Assembly (NCBI GenBank): GCA_026770705.1
Contig: JANJGN010000926.1
Span: forward strand, 62,001 to 126,000
Direction of reading: 5' to 3'
Length of the DNA stretch: 64,000 nucleotides
Source of the DNA: Isurus oxyrinchus
Taxonomy: Eukaryota
Below, piece after piece: positions 12,731-24,625 of the stretch. Below the pieces are notes generated by a model. That model saw only the letters and a list, made by a program, of their open reading frames with translations. It was not told where the DNA came from and made no database searches. The translations under genes were made by a program, and so were the position numbers. Position 1 is the first letter of the stretch. The number at the start of each line of letters is the position of its first letter.

Positions 12731-12932
12731 TCGCTGAGGAGGGATTGAAAACAAGAATGAGAATTTCAGGGGAAACGACAGAAGGAAATGATGTTAAATT
12801 CATAGAGGGCGACAATATTAAAGGCACGAACATAATAATATCAAACTGCGGAAGAGACCAGTCTATCTGGGTGGTAGACGTAGAGTCATGTGCAAGAAAC
12901 ACCTCACCCAGAGGGACATCTCTTAGCTTAAC

Positions 12933-13024
12933 CTCGACAAGGAGAAGAAGTGACTCAGCTGCAGGGAGAGCAGCAAAGTCAGAGTGAACAAGACAAGTCG
13001 CCATTTCATCTGGGAGCTTCCCAT
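12933..13024 (-). CDS. HAMP: Hepcidin-like gene exon 1 (signal peptide); splice/phase defect as assembled
   Basis: (MGSSQ)MKWRLVLFTLTLLLSLQ... is signal-peptide-like. The GT donor at 12932 is in phase 2, incompatible with phase-0 exon 2. An in-phase CAG|CTGAGT at 12958 looks like a G>C-mutated donor. Confidence 0.6.
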
Positions 13025-13095
13025 CTCTGCCTGTCTCTTCTGATCTTCTGGCTCTGCTTTGATGCTTTGGTTTGTAACTAGAGGAGCTTCCTGCT

Positions 13096-13310
13096 CTTAT
13101 ACCTGAAACACTTGAAGGGGACAGCCGCGGGTGGGTAGCTGTGTGGTATCACACCCATTTCTGGATATTGCAGTGTCGATGTTCCCTGTCCCACTGGCCT
13201 GGGACCAGCAGTAAGGTCACTGGGACATTGAATGTCTGGCGCCGAGAACTATCAGTCCCTCCGCAACGCCCTTCACCTTGTGCAAATATGTGTTCATATT
13301 GATGCAACAC
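13096..13310 (-). promoter_or_regulatory. Putative HAMP promoter: TATA-like box, BMP-responsive GGCGCC with adjacent SMAD element, C/EBP-type sites
   Basis: TATAAG (minus) at 13096-13101; GTCTGGCGCC at 13234-13243; TTGTGCAA at 13278-13285; TGATGCAA at 13300-13307. Confidence 0.55.
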
Positions 13311-13689
13311 AACATAGCAAAAACATAGGGACTGGTTCTTATGTCGGCAAATCAGGTGAAGCGCACGCCCCCTAACCCCTTACTCCTCTCATTGCTCCTC
13401 CTTCCTGCCAGACACTTACTATTTTACAAATTGTGTGCGTTGCTTTTATTTCGGACAAGGGGCCTCGAGGGGGAACTGATTTACGCTGAGGTTTAGGGGT
13501 TAACAGCCATGTCATGTGTTGATCGGTCAGTGTTTACCATGTGGAGACTGTCTGTCACCAGCTTTGTTAATGGTTTATCCAGGAACATTGAAGGGCATGA
13601 ACGTTCTTGCTTTGTATGGAACAAGTCACCAACTGGGTTCAGTCATCGACTCAGACTCACATCAACATAAACTGGCTTCTGACAGGTAA

Positions 13690-14300
13690 GTTTCTATTAC
13701 ATGAGGGTAGGAGGAGGCCATTTGGCCCCTCGAGCCTGCTCCACCATTCAAAGAGTTCATGGCTGATCTGCAAACTAGCCCCATATGCCTTTGTCCCATC
13801 TCCTTTAATACCTTTGGATAACAAAAATCTATCAGTCTCACAGGTTTAAAATGAACAACTTGATCGTGCATCAGTTCCTGTTTGGGGAAGAGAGTTCCAA
13901 ATTTCTCCCACCCTTTGTACTTCCTAATTTAATTCCTTTTTAGGCTCTGACCCCGAGTCCCAGACTCCCCCCAACCAGGGGAAATGGTTTCTCTTTATCG
14001 CCCCCGATCTGTTCCCCTTAATATCATGAGAACTTTCATCAAATCTCCTGCTTAACATTCTAACTTCCAGGGAATACAAGCCGAGTTTGTGTTTAATCTC
14101 TCCATGTGATTTAACCCTTGGAGTCCCGGTCTCATTCTGGTAAACTGACACTGCTCTCCCTCCGAGGTCAATATATCCTTCCTAAGGTGTGGGGCCCAGA
14201 ATGTCTCACAGTGACTCCAGGTGTGGTCTAGCCAGGGCTTTATGTAGACTGAAGCATGACCTCTGCCCCCTTATATTCTAATCCGTGAGATAGAAAGGGC
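13690..14300 (-). mobile_element. CR1 LINE 3' fragment
   Basis: Homologous to 2790-3400 (LGLYSLE, GLEYKG). Confidence 0.75.
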
Positions 14301-14889
14301 AGAGTTCCAGAATTGTTGTGTTTATTCGACAACAGAATAACAGAGGAAGGTTTCCTCTCTGCCCTCTTCAGCCCCACTGGGAAGGTCAGGATGAGAAGGT
14401 TGGGCTGGGTCCCCTGTACTGGACACTCGCTGAATCTTCCAATGATAGTTCTGGGCTGGATTTCAAAACGCATAGACAAGGATTCAGTGTTCCATCACAT
14501 TCTGCCTTTGTCTCTTTTCCTCTCGTTCTCTTTCTCTACCATCCTCTCTCTCTATCTATCTATCTTTCTCCTCATTCTCTCCTGCTTCATCTCTATCACT
14601 TTCTTTCTACTTCTTTGTGTGTCTCTGTCTGTCTCTCTCTCTCACTCTTTCTTTCCTTGTCCTTATCTCTTTCAGTGTCTCCCTCTTTCTCTCTCTCTCT
14701 CTCTCTCTAAATGTGCCCCTCTCTAACAGTTTGGCCCAGTACTCTTATTTCCCTGTTTTACTGGTGTTCCATTTGAAGGTATACAAGACCAGATCAGACC
14801 AGAATGTTTATTTTCCAGTGTTTACTGTGTTTTTTTCATTCTGGGTGTCTCTCGACTCTGTCTGTCCCTCTCTGTCCTTTTATTTCATT

Positions 14890-15225
14890 CTTTCATGTGA
14901 TGTGGACATCACTGCCTAGGCCAGCATTTATTGCCCAACCCTAATTGCCCTTGTTCAGAGGCCACTTTTTAAAAGTGAACCACATTGCTGTGGGTCTGGA
15001 GTCACATGTAGGCCAGACCAGGTAAGGACAGCAGATTTCCCTCCCTAAAGGGCATTTGTGACCCAAATACAAGAATCAGCAATGGTTTCCTGGTCATCAT
15101 CGGACTTTTAATTCCAGGATTTTATTGAGTTCAAATTCCACCAACTACTGTGGTGAGATTCTAACCAGGGTCCCAGGAGCATTACACTGGGTCTCTGGAT
15201 TACTGGTCCAGTGAAAATACCATCA
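14890..15225 (-). mobile_element. SINE (HE1-like)
   Basis: Reverse complement of the SINE pieces at 2560-2680 and 5280-5600. Confidence 0.55.
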
Positions 15226-15384
15226 GGCCAACACCTCCCCACTCTTCCCTTCCTCCATCTTTCACACTTGTTCTGTCTCTCTCTCTCACTCTCCTTCTCT
15301 CTTCTCCCTTTCTCAGTCTCTGTCTGTCTCTCAATCTCTCTATCACTCTCTATCTCCTGGAGGCTCTCTCTCTGACTGTCTCCC

Positions 15385-17250
15385 TCCCTATATCTGTAAC
15401 CTCCTCTCTCTCTCCCTTTCCTCCAGCCCCTACAACCCTCCCTTAGGCAGCCTCCACCTGCCTCTACAATCCTCCCCATCTCTGTAACCACCTTCAACCC
15501 CTACACCCCTCCCTATATCTGTAACCACCTCCAACCCCCACAACCCTCCCCATCTCTGTAACCACCTTCAACCCCTACACCCCTCCCTATACCTGTAACC
15601 TCCTCCAGCCCCTGTAACCCTCCCTATCTCTGTAACCTCCTCCAGCCCCTACACCACTCCCTATCTCTGTAACCTCCTCCAACCCCTACAACCCTCCCTA
15701 TCTCTGTAACCTCCTCCAACCCCTACAACCCTCACTATCTCTGTAACCTCCTCCAGCCCCTACAACCCTCACTATCTCTGTAACCTCCTCCAACCCCTAC
15801 AACCATCCCTATCTCATTAACCTCCTCCAACCCCTAAAACCCTCACTATCTCTGTAACCTCCTCCAACCCCTACAACCCTCACTATCTCTGTAACCTCCT
15901 CCAACCCCTACAACCATCCCTATCTCATTATCCTCCTCCAACCCCTACAACCATCCCTATCTCATTAACCTCCTCCAACCCCTACAACCCTCCCTATCTC
16001 TGTAACCTCCTCCAACCCCTACAACCCTCCCTATCTCTGTAACCTCCTCCAGCCCCTACAACAATCCCTATCTCTGTAACCTCCTCCAGCCCCTACAACC
16101 CTCCCTATCTCTGTAACCTCCTCCAGCCCCTACAACAATCCCTATCTCTGTAACATCCTACAGTCTCTACAACCCTCCCTATCTCTGTAACCTCCTCCAG
16201 TCCCTATAACCCTCCCTATCTCTGTAACCTCCTCCAGCCCCTACAACAATCCCTATCTCTGTAACCTCCTCCATCCTCTACAGTCCTCCCCATCTCTGTA
16301 ACCTCCTCCAACCCTTCCTATATATGTAACCTCCTCCACAAGCCCATACAATCCTCTCTATCTCTGTAACAACCTCCAGCCCCACAACACCCTTATACCT
16401 GTAACCTCCTAGCCACTGTAACACTCCCTATCTCTCAAGCCTCCACCAGCCTTGACAATGCTCCCCATCTCTGTAACTTCCTCCAACCCCCAGTACCCTC
16501 CCTATTTCTGTAATCTGTTCCAGTCCCTACAACCCTCCCTATCTCTACAACCTGCTCCACCCCCTGCAACTCGCCCTATCTCTGTGTCATCCTCCTGCCC
16601 CTACAACCCTCCCTATTTCTGTAACCTCCTCCAGCCCCTACAACCCTCCCTATCTCTGTGTCCTCCTCCAGCCCCTACAACCTTCCCTATCTCTGTAACC
16701 TCCTCCAGCCCCTACAACCTTCCCTATCTCTGTAACCTCCTCCAGCCCCTACAACCCTCCCTATCTCTGTAACCTCCTCCAGTCCCTACAATCCTCCCCA
16801 TCTCTGTAACCACCTTCAACCCCTACACCCCTCCCTATATCTGTAACCACCTCCAACCCCCACAACCCTTCCCATCTCTGTAACCACCTTCAACCCCTAC
16901 ACCCCTCCCTATCTCTGTAACCTCCTCCAACCCCTACAACCCTCCCTATCTCTGTAACCTCCTCCAACCCCTACAACCCTCACTATCTCTGTAACCTCCT
17001 CCAACCCCTACAACCCTCACTATCTCTGTAACCTCCTCCAACCCCTACAACCCTCACTATCTCTGTAACCTCCTCCAACCCCTACAACAATCCCTATCTC
17101 TGTAACCTCCTCCAGCCCCTACAACAGTCCCAATCTCTGTAACCTCCACCAGCCCCTACAACCCTCCCTATCTCTGTAACCTCCTCCAGCCCGTACAACC
17201 CTCCCTATCTCTGTAACCTCCTCCAGTCCCTACAACCCTCCCTATCTCTT
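15385..17250. repeat. 32-bp minisatellite, C-rich on + (inverted relative to 11297-12730)
   Basis: Tandem units of cctacaaccctccctatctctgtaacctcctccagcc. Confidence 0.95.
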
Positions 17251-17499
17251 GAAGGGTTCTCAAAATTCCCACATTTTCCATATCATCAACAAGGATATCA
17301 CTTTTGCACCTTTAAACTGCTGAGTTAAGTGGAAAACCCTGCAGACAGGAGGCTGGGCCCATGAAGGCCCAAAACCAGTTGTCTGCTGCACTTTGTGACA
17401 AGCCCCGAATAAGTCCAAGGTCTAGAACCCAGGGAGTGGGAGCGATTCAGACGGCTCAGAAGTCGCAGGTGAAGCTGACACACACCACCACACCCTACA

Positions 17500-17958
17500 A
17501 GGGGCTGAATGGCCTCCTCCTGTTCCTGTGTAATGGGCTTCAGTGGCTGAATGGCCTCCTCCTGTTCCTGTGTAACGGGCATCAGTGGCTGAATGGGCCT
17601 CGTCCTTTTTCTGTGTAACAGGCTCAATTGGGCTGAATGGGCCTCCTCCTGTTCTTGTGTAACAGGCTCGAGGGGGCTGAATGGGCCTCCTCCTGTTCTT
17701 GTGTAACAGGCTCGAGGGGGCTAAATGGGCCTCCTCCTGTTCCTGTGTAACAGACATCACTGGCTGAATGGGCTTGCTCCTGTTCCTGTGTAACAGTCTT
17801 GAGGGGGCTGAATGGCCTCTTCCTGTATCTGTGTAACAGGCTCAATGGGCTGAATGGCCCCCTTCTGTTCCTGTGTAACAGTCTCGAGGGGGCTGAATGG
17901 GCCTCTTCCTGTTCCTGTGTAACAGGCTCGACGGGCTGAATGGCCTCCTTCTGTTCTG
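17500..17958. repeat. ~40-bp minisatellite derived from the CR1 3' tail (ggctgaatgggcctcctcctgttcctgtgtaacaggctcgaggg)
   Basis: About 11 tandem units; motif matches the CR1 terminal sequence. Confidence 0.85.
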
Positions 17959-17964
17959 TAAAAT

Positions 17965-18225
17965 TGTTGTGATACTGTAACTGCCTCTTTGGTTTCATTC
18001 AGCTGAATCTTCAGCTCTTCAGTCTCTTCCTTGTATCTCTTGCCTTCCTCCTGGAACATTGGACATGGTTGGGTCTTCCCTGCCAACTGTTTCTTCAGTT
18101 TGCTCAGAGCGGCACAGAATTCGCTTTCTTTCTCTTCAGGATTTTCCAGTGGAACCAACTCTGACCTGAGGGACACTTGCAGCCTGTGAGGATGCTTCAA
18201 TTCTTCAAACTCATTCCGAGATACA
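17965..18225 (-). pseudogene. Coiled-coil fragment resembling the UACA/RAI14/ANKRD24 family
   Basis: LQVSLRSELVPLENPEEKESEFCAALSKLKKQLAGKTQ...EEGKRYKEETEELKIQL resembles, from memory and not from a search, the UACA C-terminal coiled coil. No exon context. Confidence 0.45.
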
Positions 18226-19319
18226 CTCTCATATTCCCCCAGCAACTCAGCAACTCCTCCAGTGAAACATTTCAGAGCAGCTGAGCTTGGTTTTCTGGAA
18301 CCAGTCTCGGCCCAGAAGACTAGGGCCCTCACCTGTCGCTATGATCACTGGAAGCTGGGCTGTCTGCTGCCTGTAGGACACAGGTACTGGGATGAGGTCC
18401 TTTCCCTGTATGGATTCTCCAGTGTGTGTCTTCAGCTGATCCATTGTTGGCTCTAAATTCAGCGTCTGGGTTCCTTCATTTAGCTGTTTAAATGTGGGCT
18501 CTTCCACCACTGTGTCTGAGGCTCCCGTATCTGCCCCATTACTAGTGGCTGCCCATTCACTTGGGTTGTGATGGTTATAGGTTCAGTTTTTACCACTGTG
18601 ACATTGGACAGGGAATAGACATCGGTATCAGCAGCTTCAGGCTCTGTGATATTATTCCCTTCCATCATGTTGGTGCACTGCCTGATGGGCTGTCTCGATT
18701 TCACCCTGCATTGCTTTATTACCCGCCCCTTTCTTGTGGCAGTGATGGCATTCTGCCCCCTTGAACCTGCAGGTGTCCGGTACGTGCTCAATGCCCCCCA
18801 CATCGAGAACAGGCCAACTTCGGAGTTGCTGCTGAAATACTCCCACGAAGCCTTTTAGTTTCTGGAGCAGCAGAGACTGTCTCTCGCTTGGCGGCTGTCT
18901 CTCTCTCTCTCTCTCTCTCTCCAGTTTGAGCCTCACGCCCGGTGGTTGGTTCCTGTCCCAGCTGAGGACTGGCGCCATGTTGTACATCCTGTAAATCCCG
19001 CCAGTCTCTCCTAGCACTTTCCATGCATGGCGCTATTTTCATGGTGCGCTTCAAATCGATGTCGGCTTCTGCGAGTAAACGGCTCTGAATGGCGTTGGGG
19101 TGAAAGACACAAACCAATCGGCCCCGCAACATGTCATTGAGTGTGTCTCCGAGGTCCCAGTGCTCAGTCACCTGCTTCCACTTCACTGTATAGGTTGCGA
19201 TGGACTCTCCCTGGGCCCTTACTCTGGAGTTAAACTTAAACCTCTGCATTATTACCCACGGCTTCAGCTGAAAATACATCTTCATGAGGACGACTAATTG
19301 GTGAAAAGATTTAGAATTG
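18226..19319 (-). mobile_element. Ty3/Gypsy LTR-retrotransposon gag-protease fragment
   Basis: Gag-like QRFKFNSRVRAQGESIATY...LNDMLRGRLVC; zinc-knuckle remnants (CSRCGGH, CHHCHKKG); protease-like DTGAS and LLGRDW. Frameshifted. Confidence 0.8.
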
Positions 19320-19612
19320 GGTGTAATACACGTCACTGTCTTCAGCTCTGAGACTGTCAATCCTCACCGAACAATTCTTCCCTTCCAAGTCGCCGATTAT
19401 TTTAGCACGTCCCACGAATGTGGCCACCCCATAATTGGGATCTTTGGTGTATGTGATGGTATATTTCCATCTATACCAATATTTATACCAAGCTCCGTGC
19501 AGTGCTGTGTAAGAGTGGGAAGGAAAGTCAAAGCTACACGGAATAACCACACAAGAGCTGCTGATGGCCCTCCGAGGCAGCGCCTTCATAGACCATCCCT
19601 CTGACGTCACTC
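19320..19612 (-). pseudogene. Truncated divergent Siglec-like V-set exon
   Basis: Acceptor cctttcag, then GVTSEGWSMK...SSCVVIPCSFDFP...GAWYK...GRAKIIGDLEGKNCSVRIDSLRAEDSDVYY. Siglec V Cys pattern, cut just before the F-strand Arg by the Gypsy junction. Confidence 0.8.
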
Positions 19613-19644
19613 CTGAAAGGCAACAAGGGAAGAGACAGGACATC

Positions 19645-20115
19645 AAAAAGCAGAATATTACTTCAATGGAGAGAGGCAGCAGAATGTGGTACAGAGGGAT
19701 CTGGGTGTCCTTGTACATGAATCACAGAAAGTCAGCATTCAGGAACAGCACGGAATGAGGAAGGCAAGTGGAATGTTGGCCTTTATTGCAAAGGGATGGA
19801 GTATAAAAGGAGGGAAGTCTTGCTACAACTGTACAGGGCGTTGGTGAGATTGTATCAGGAGCAGTGTGTACAGTTCTGGTCTCCTTACTTAGGGAGGGAT
19901 AGACTCTGCATTGGAGGCAGTTCAGAGGAGGATCACTGGGCTGATTCCTGGGATGAAGGGGGTTTGTCTTATGAGGAAATGTTGAGCAGGTTGGGCCCTG
20001 TATCCATTGGAGTTTAGAAGAATGAGAGGTGATCTTATTGAAACATATAAGATTCTGAGGTGGTGGGGGGTTTGACAGGGTCGATGCTGAGGGGATGTCA
20101 CCCCTTGTGGGGGAA
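19645..20115 (+). mobile_element. CR1 LINE RT fragment
   Basis: MEYKRREVLLQLYRALVR...CVQFWSPYL. Confidence 0.85.
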
Positions 20116-20334
20116 TCCTGTGAAGCAATAAGGATGTTTTACTGCATTAAATGGCACCTTTAAATGGCACCTTTCAGGGAATTAAACAGCCCCAGGGAAT
20201 TATCTAATGTCAAGACAAGGAAGGAGAGATTGAGAAGGGACATCGCAAACCGATTCACCAAACACGGCAAAAATTCATTGTTCCCTCACTCCCTGTGCTG
20301 GGTGTCCAGCTTTTTCTCTCAGTGAGTTTAGTCC

Positions 20335-23300
20335 TCACAATATCTATCTATCACACTCTTCTGCTCTATCTCTCTCTCTCACACACACACATTCTCTCTC
20401 TAACACTCACAATCTCTCTCTATCACACTCTTCTGCTCTATCTCTCTCTCTCACACACACACATTCTCTCTCTAACACTCACAATATCTATCTATCACAC
20501 TATTCTGCTCTCTCTCTCTCACACACACATTCTCTCTCTAACACTCACAATCTCTATCTATTGCACTCTTCTGCTCTATCTCTCTCTCTCACACACACAT
20601 TCTCTCTCTAACACTCACAATCTCTCTCTATCACACTCTTCTGCTCTATCTCTCTCTCACACACACATTCTCTCTCTAACACACAATCTCTATCACACTC
20701 TTCTGCTCTATCTCTCTCTCTCACACACACACATTCTCTCTCTAACACTCACAATCTCTCTCTATCACACTCTTCTGCTCTATCTCTCTCTCTCACACAC
20801 ACACATTCTCTCTCTAACACTCAATCTCTCTCGATCACACTCTTCTGCTCTATCTCTCTCTCTCACACACACACATTCTCTCTCTGACAAACACAATCTC
20901 TCTCTATCACACTCTTCTGCTCTATCTCTCTCTCTCACACACACACATTCTCTCTCTAACACTCACAATCTCTCTCTATCACACTCCTGTGCTCTATCTC
21001 TCTCTCTCTCTCTCACACACATTCTCTAACAATCACAATCTCTCTATCGCACTCTTCTGCTCTCTCTCTCTCTCTCTCACACACACACCTTCTCTCTCTA
21101 ACAAACACAATCTCTCTCTATCGCACTCTACTGCTCTCTCTCTCTCTCTCACAAACACAATCTCTCTCTAACATTCACAATCTCTCTCTATCGCACTCTT
21201 CTGCTCTATCTCTCTCTCTCACACACACACATTCTCTCTCTAACACTCACAATCTCTCTCTATCTCACTCTACTGCTCTCTCTCTCTGTCTCACAAACAC
21301 AATCTCTCTCTATCGCACTCTTCTGCTCTCTCTCTCTCTCACAAACACACATTCTCTCTCTAACAATCACAATCTCTCTCTATCACACTCCTGTGCTCTA
21401 TCTCTCTCTCTATCACACACACATTCTCTCTCTAACACTCACAATCTCTCTCTATCACACTCCTCTGCTCTATCTCTCTCTCTCTCACACACACACATTC
21501 TCTCTCTAACACTCACAATCTCTCTCTATCACACTCTTCTGCTCTATCTCTCTCACACACACACATTCTCTCTCTAACACTCACAATCTCTCTCTATCTC
21601 ACTCTACTGCTCTGTCTCTCTCTCTCACAAACACAATCTCTCTCTATCGCACTCTTCTGCTCTCTCTCTCTCACAAACACACATTCTCTCTCTAACAATC
21701 ACAATCTCTCTCTATCACACTCTTCTGCTCTATCTCTCTCACACACACACATTCTCTCTCTAACACTCACAATCTCTCTCTATCGCACTCTTCTGCTCTA
21801 TCTCTCTCTCACACACACACATTCTCTCTCTAACACTCACAATCTCTCTCTATCACACTCTTCTGCTCTATCTCTCTCTCACACACACACATTCTCTCTC
21901 TAACACTCACAATCTCTCTCTATCGCACTCTTCTGCTCTATCTCTCTCTCTCACAAACACACATTCTCTCTCTAACACTCACAATCTCTCTCTATCGCAC
22001 TCTTCTGCTCTATCTCTCTCTCACACACACACATTCTCTCTCTAACACTCACAATCTCTCTCTATCACACTCTTCTGCTCTATCTCTCTCTCTCTCACAC
22101 ACACACATTCTCTCTCTAACACTCACAATCTCTCTCTATCACACTCCTGTGCTCTATCTCTCTCTCTCTCTCTCACACACATTCTCTAACAATCACAATC
22201 TCTCTATCGCACTCTTCTGCTCTCTCTCTCTCTCTCTCACACACACACCTTCTCTCTCTAACAAACACAATCTCTCTCTATCGCACTCTACTGCTCTCTC
22301 TCTCTCTCTCACAAACACAATCTCTCTCTAACATTCACAATCTCTCTCTATCGCACTCTTCTGCTCTATCTCTCTCTCTCACACACACACATTCTCTCTC
22401 TAACACTCACAATCTCTCTCTATCTCACTCTACTGCTCTCTCTCTCTGTCTCACAAACACAATCTCTCTCTATCGCACTCTTCTGCTCTCTCTCTCTCTC
22501 ACAAACACACATTCTCTCTCTAACAATCACAATCTCTCTCTATCACACTCCTGTGCTCTATCTCTCTCTCTATCACACACACATTCTCTCTCTAACACTC
22601 ACAATCTCTCTCTATCACACTCCTCTGCTCTATCTCTCTCTCTCTCACACACACACATTCTCTCTCTAACACTCACAATCTCTCTCTATCACACTCTTCT
22701 GCTCTATCTCTCTCACACACACACATTCTCTCTCTAACACTCACAATCTCTCTCTATCTCACTCTACTGCTCTGTCTCTCTCTCTCACAAACACAATCTC
22801 TCTCTATCGCACTCTTCTGCTCTCTCTCTCTCACAAACACACATTCTCTCTCTAACAATCACAATCTCTCTCTATCACACTCTTCTGCTCTATCTCTCTC
22901 ACACACACACATTCTCTCTCTAACACTCACAATCTCTCTCTATCGCACTCTTCTGCTCTATCTCTCTCTCACACACACACATTCTCTCTCTAACACTCAC
23001 AATCTCTCTCTATCACACTCTTCTGCTCTATCTCTCTCTCACACACACACATTCTCTCTCTAACACTCACAATCTCTCTCTATCGCACTCTTCTGCTCTA
23101 TCTCTCTCTCTCACAAACACACATTCTCTCTCTAACACTCACAATCTCTCTCTATCGCACTCTTCTGCTCTATCTCTCTCTCACACACACACATTCTCTC
23201 TCTAACACTCACAATCTCTCTCTATCACACTCTTCTGCTCTATCTCTCTCTCTCTCACACACACACATTCTCTCTCTAACACTCACAATCTCTCTCTATC

Positions 23301-24625
23301 GCACTCTTCTGCTCTATCTCTCTCTCTCACACACACATTCTCTCTCTAACACTCACAATCTCTCTCTATCACACTCTTCTGCTCTATCTCTCTCTCTATC
23401 ACACACATTCTCTCTCTAAACCTCACAGTCTCTCTCTATCACACTCTTCTGCTCTATCTCTCTCTCTCTCACACACACACACACATTCTCTCTCTAACAC
23501 TCACAATCTCTATCACACTCTTCTGCTCTATCTCTCTCTCTCTCACACACACACATTCTCTCTCTAACACTCACAATCTCTCTCTATCACACTCTTCTGC
23601 TCTATCTCTCTCTCTCTCACACACACACATTCTCTCTCTAACACTCACAATCTCTCTCTATCGCACTCTTCTGCTCTATCTCTCTCTCTCTCACACACAC
23701 ACATTCTCTGTCTAACACTCACAATCTCTCTCTATCACACTCCTGTGCTCTATCTCTCTCTCTATCACACACACATTCTCTCTCTAACACTCACAATCTC
23801 TCTCTATCACACTCCTCTGCTCTATCACTCACACACACACACACATTCTCTCTCTAACACTCACAATCTCTATCACACTCTTCTGCTCTATCTCTCTCTC
23901 TCACACACACACATTCTCTCTCTAACACTCACAATCTCTCTCTATCACACTCTTCTGCTCTATCTCTTTCTCTCTCTCGCACACATTCTCTCTCTAACAC
24001 TCACAATCTCTATCACACTCTTCTGCTCTATCTCTCTCTCTCTCTCACACGCACACATTCTCTCTCTAACATTCACAATCTCTCTCTATCGCACTCTTCT
24101 GCTCTATCTCTCTCTCTCACACACACACATTCTCTCTCTAACACTCACAATCTCTCTCTATCACACTCTTCTGCTCTCTCTCTCTCTCTCACACACACAT
24201 TCTCTCTGTCTCCCTCCCTCAAATACATTCTCTCTCTCTCTCAGACACAAACACTCTCTCACACACTCACACACTTTCCTTAAAACTAACACAATCTCTC
24301 TTTCTGTCAAGCACACACTCTCTCTTTTACACACACACTCTCTCGCTCAGACACACACATTCTCTCTCTCTCAAACATTTAACATTTCTCTTCATCTCGA
24401 TCTTCTGCTGTCTCTCTCTTTCTCTCCCTCGCACACACACACACTCTCTGTCACAAACACACTCTCTCTCCCATACACTCTCTCTCACACACTCTCACAT
24501 GCACACTCTCTCCCTCATATACAAACACTCTCCCTCACACATGCACAGACTCTCTCTATCTCTTTTTCTCTCTCACACAGTCTCTCTGTCTCTCTCTGTC
24601 TCTCAGACACTCTCTCTCTCTCTGA
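20335..24625. repeat. Large CT/CA compound minisatellite (~60-bp unit) with a 1160-bp higher-order duplication
   Basis: Unit tctctctatcacactcttctgctctatctctctctcacacacacattctctctctaacactcacaa; identical ORFs at 20989 and 22149. Confidence 0.95.

Noticed and set aside
14320-14460. Possible minus-strand terminal exon with AATAAA upstream of hepcidin (USF2 expected by mammalian synteny)
   Set aside because: No frame resembles USF2 or a Siglec tail; acceptor is weak.
11297-17250. Regular 30-32-bp repeats resembling a CRISPR array
   Set aside because: Head-to-tail units with no unique spacers, no cas genes, and a vertebrate context.
20170-20243. Possible signal-peptide exon (MSLLNLSFLVLTL...) for the broken V exon
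   Set aside because: Weak donor (gtgcca) and could arise by chance in pyrimidine-rich DNA.
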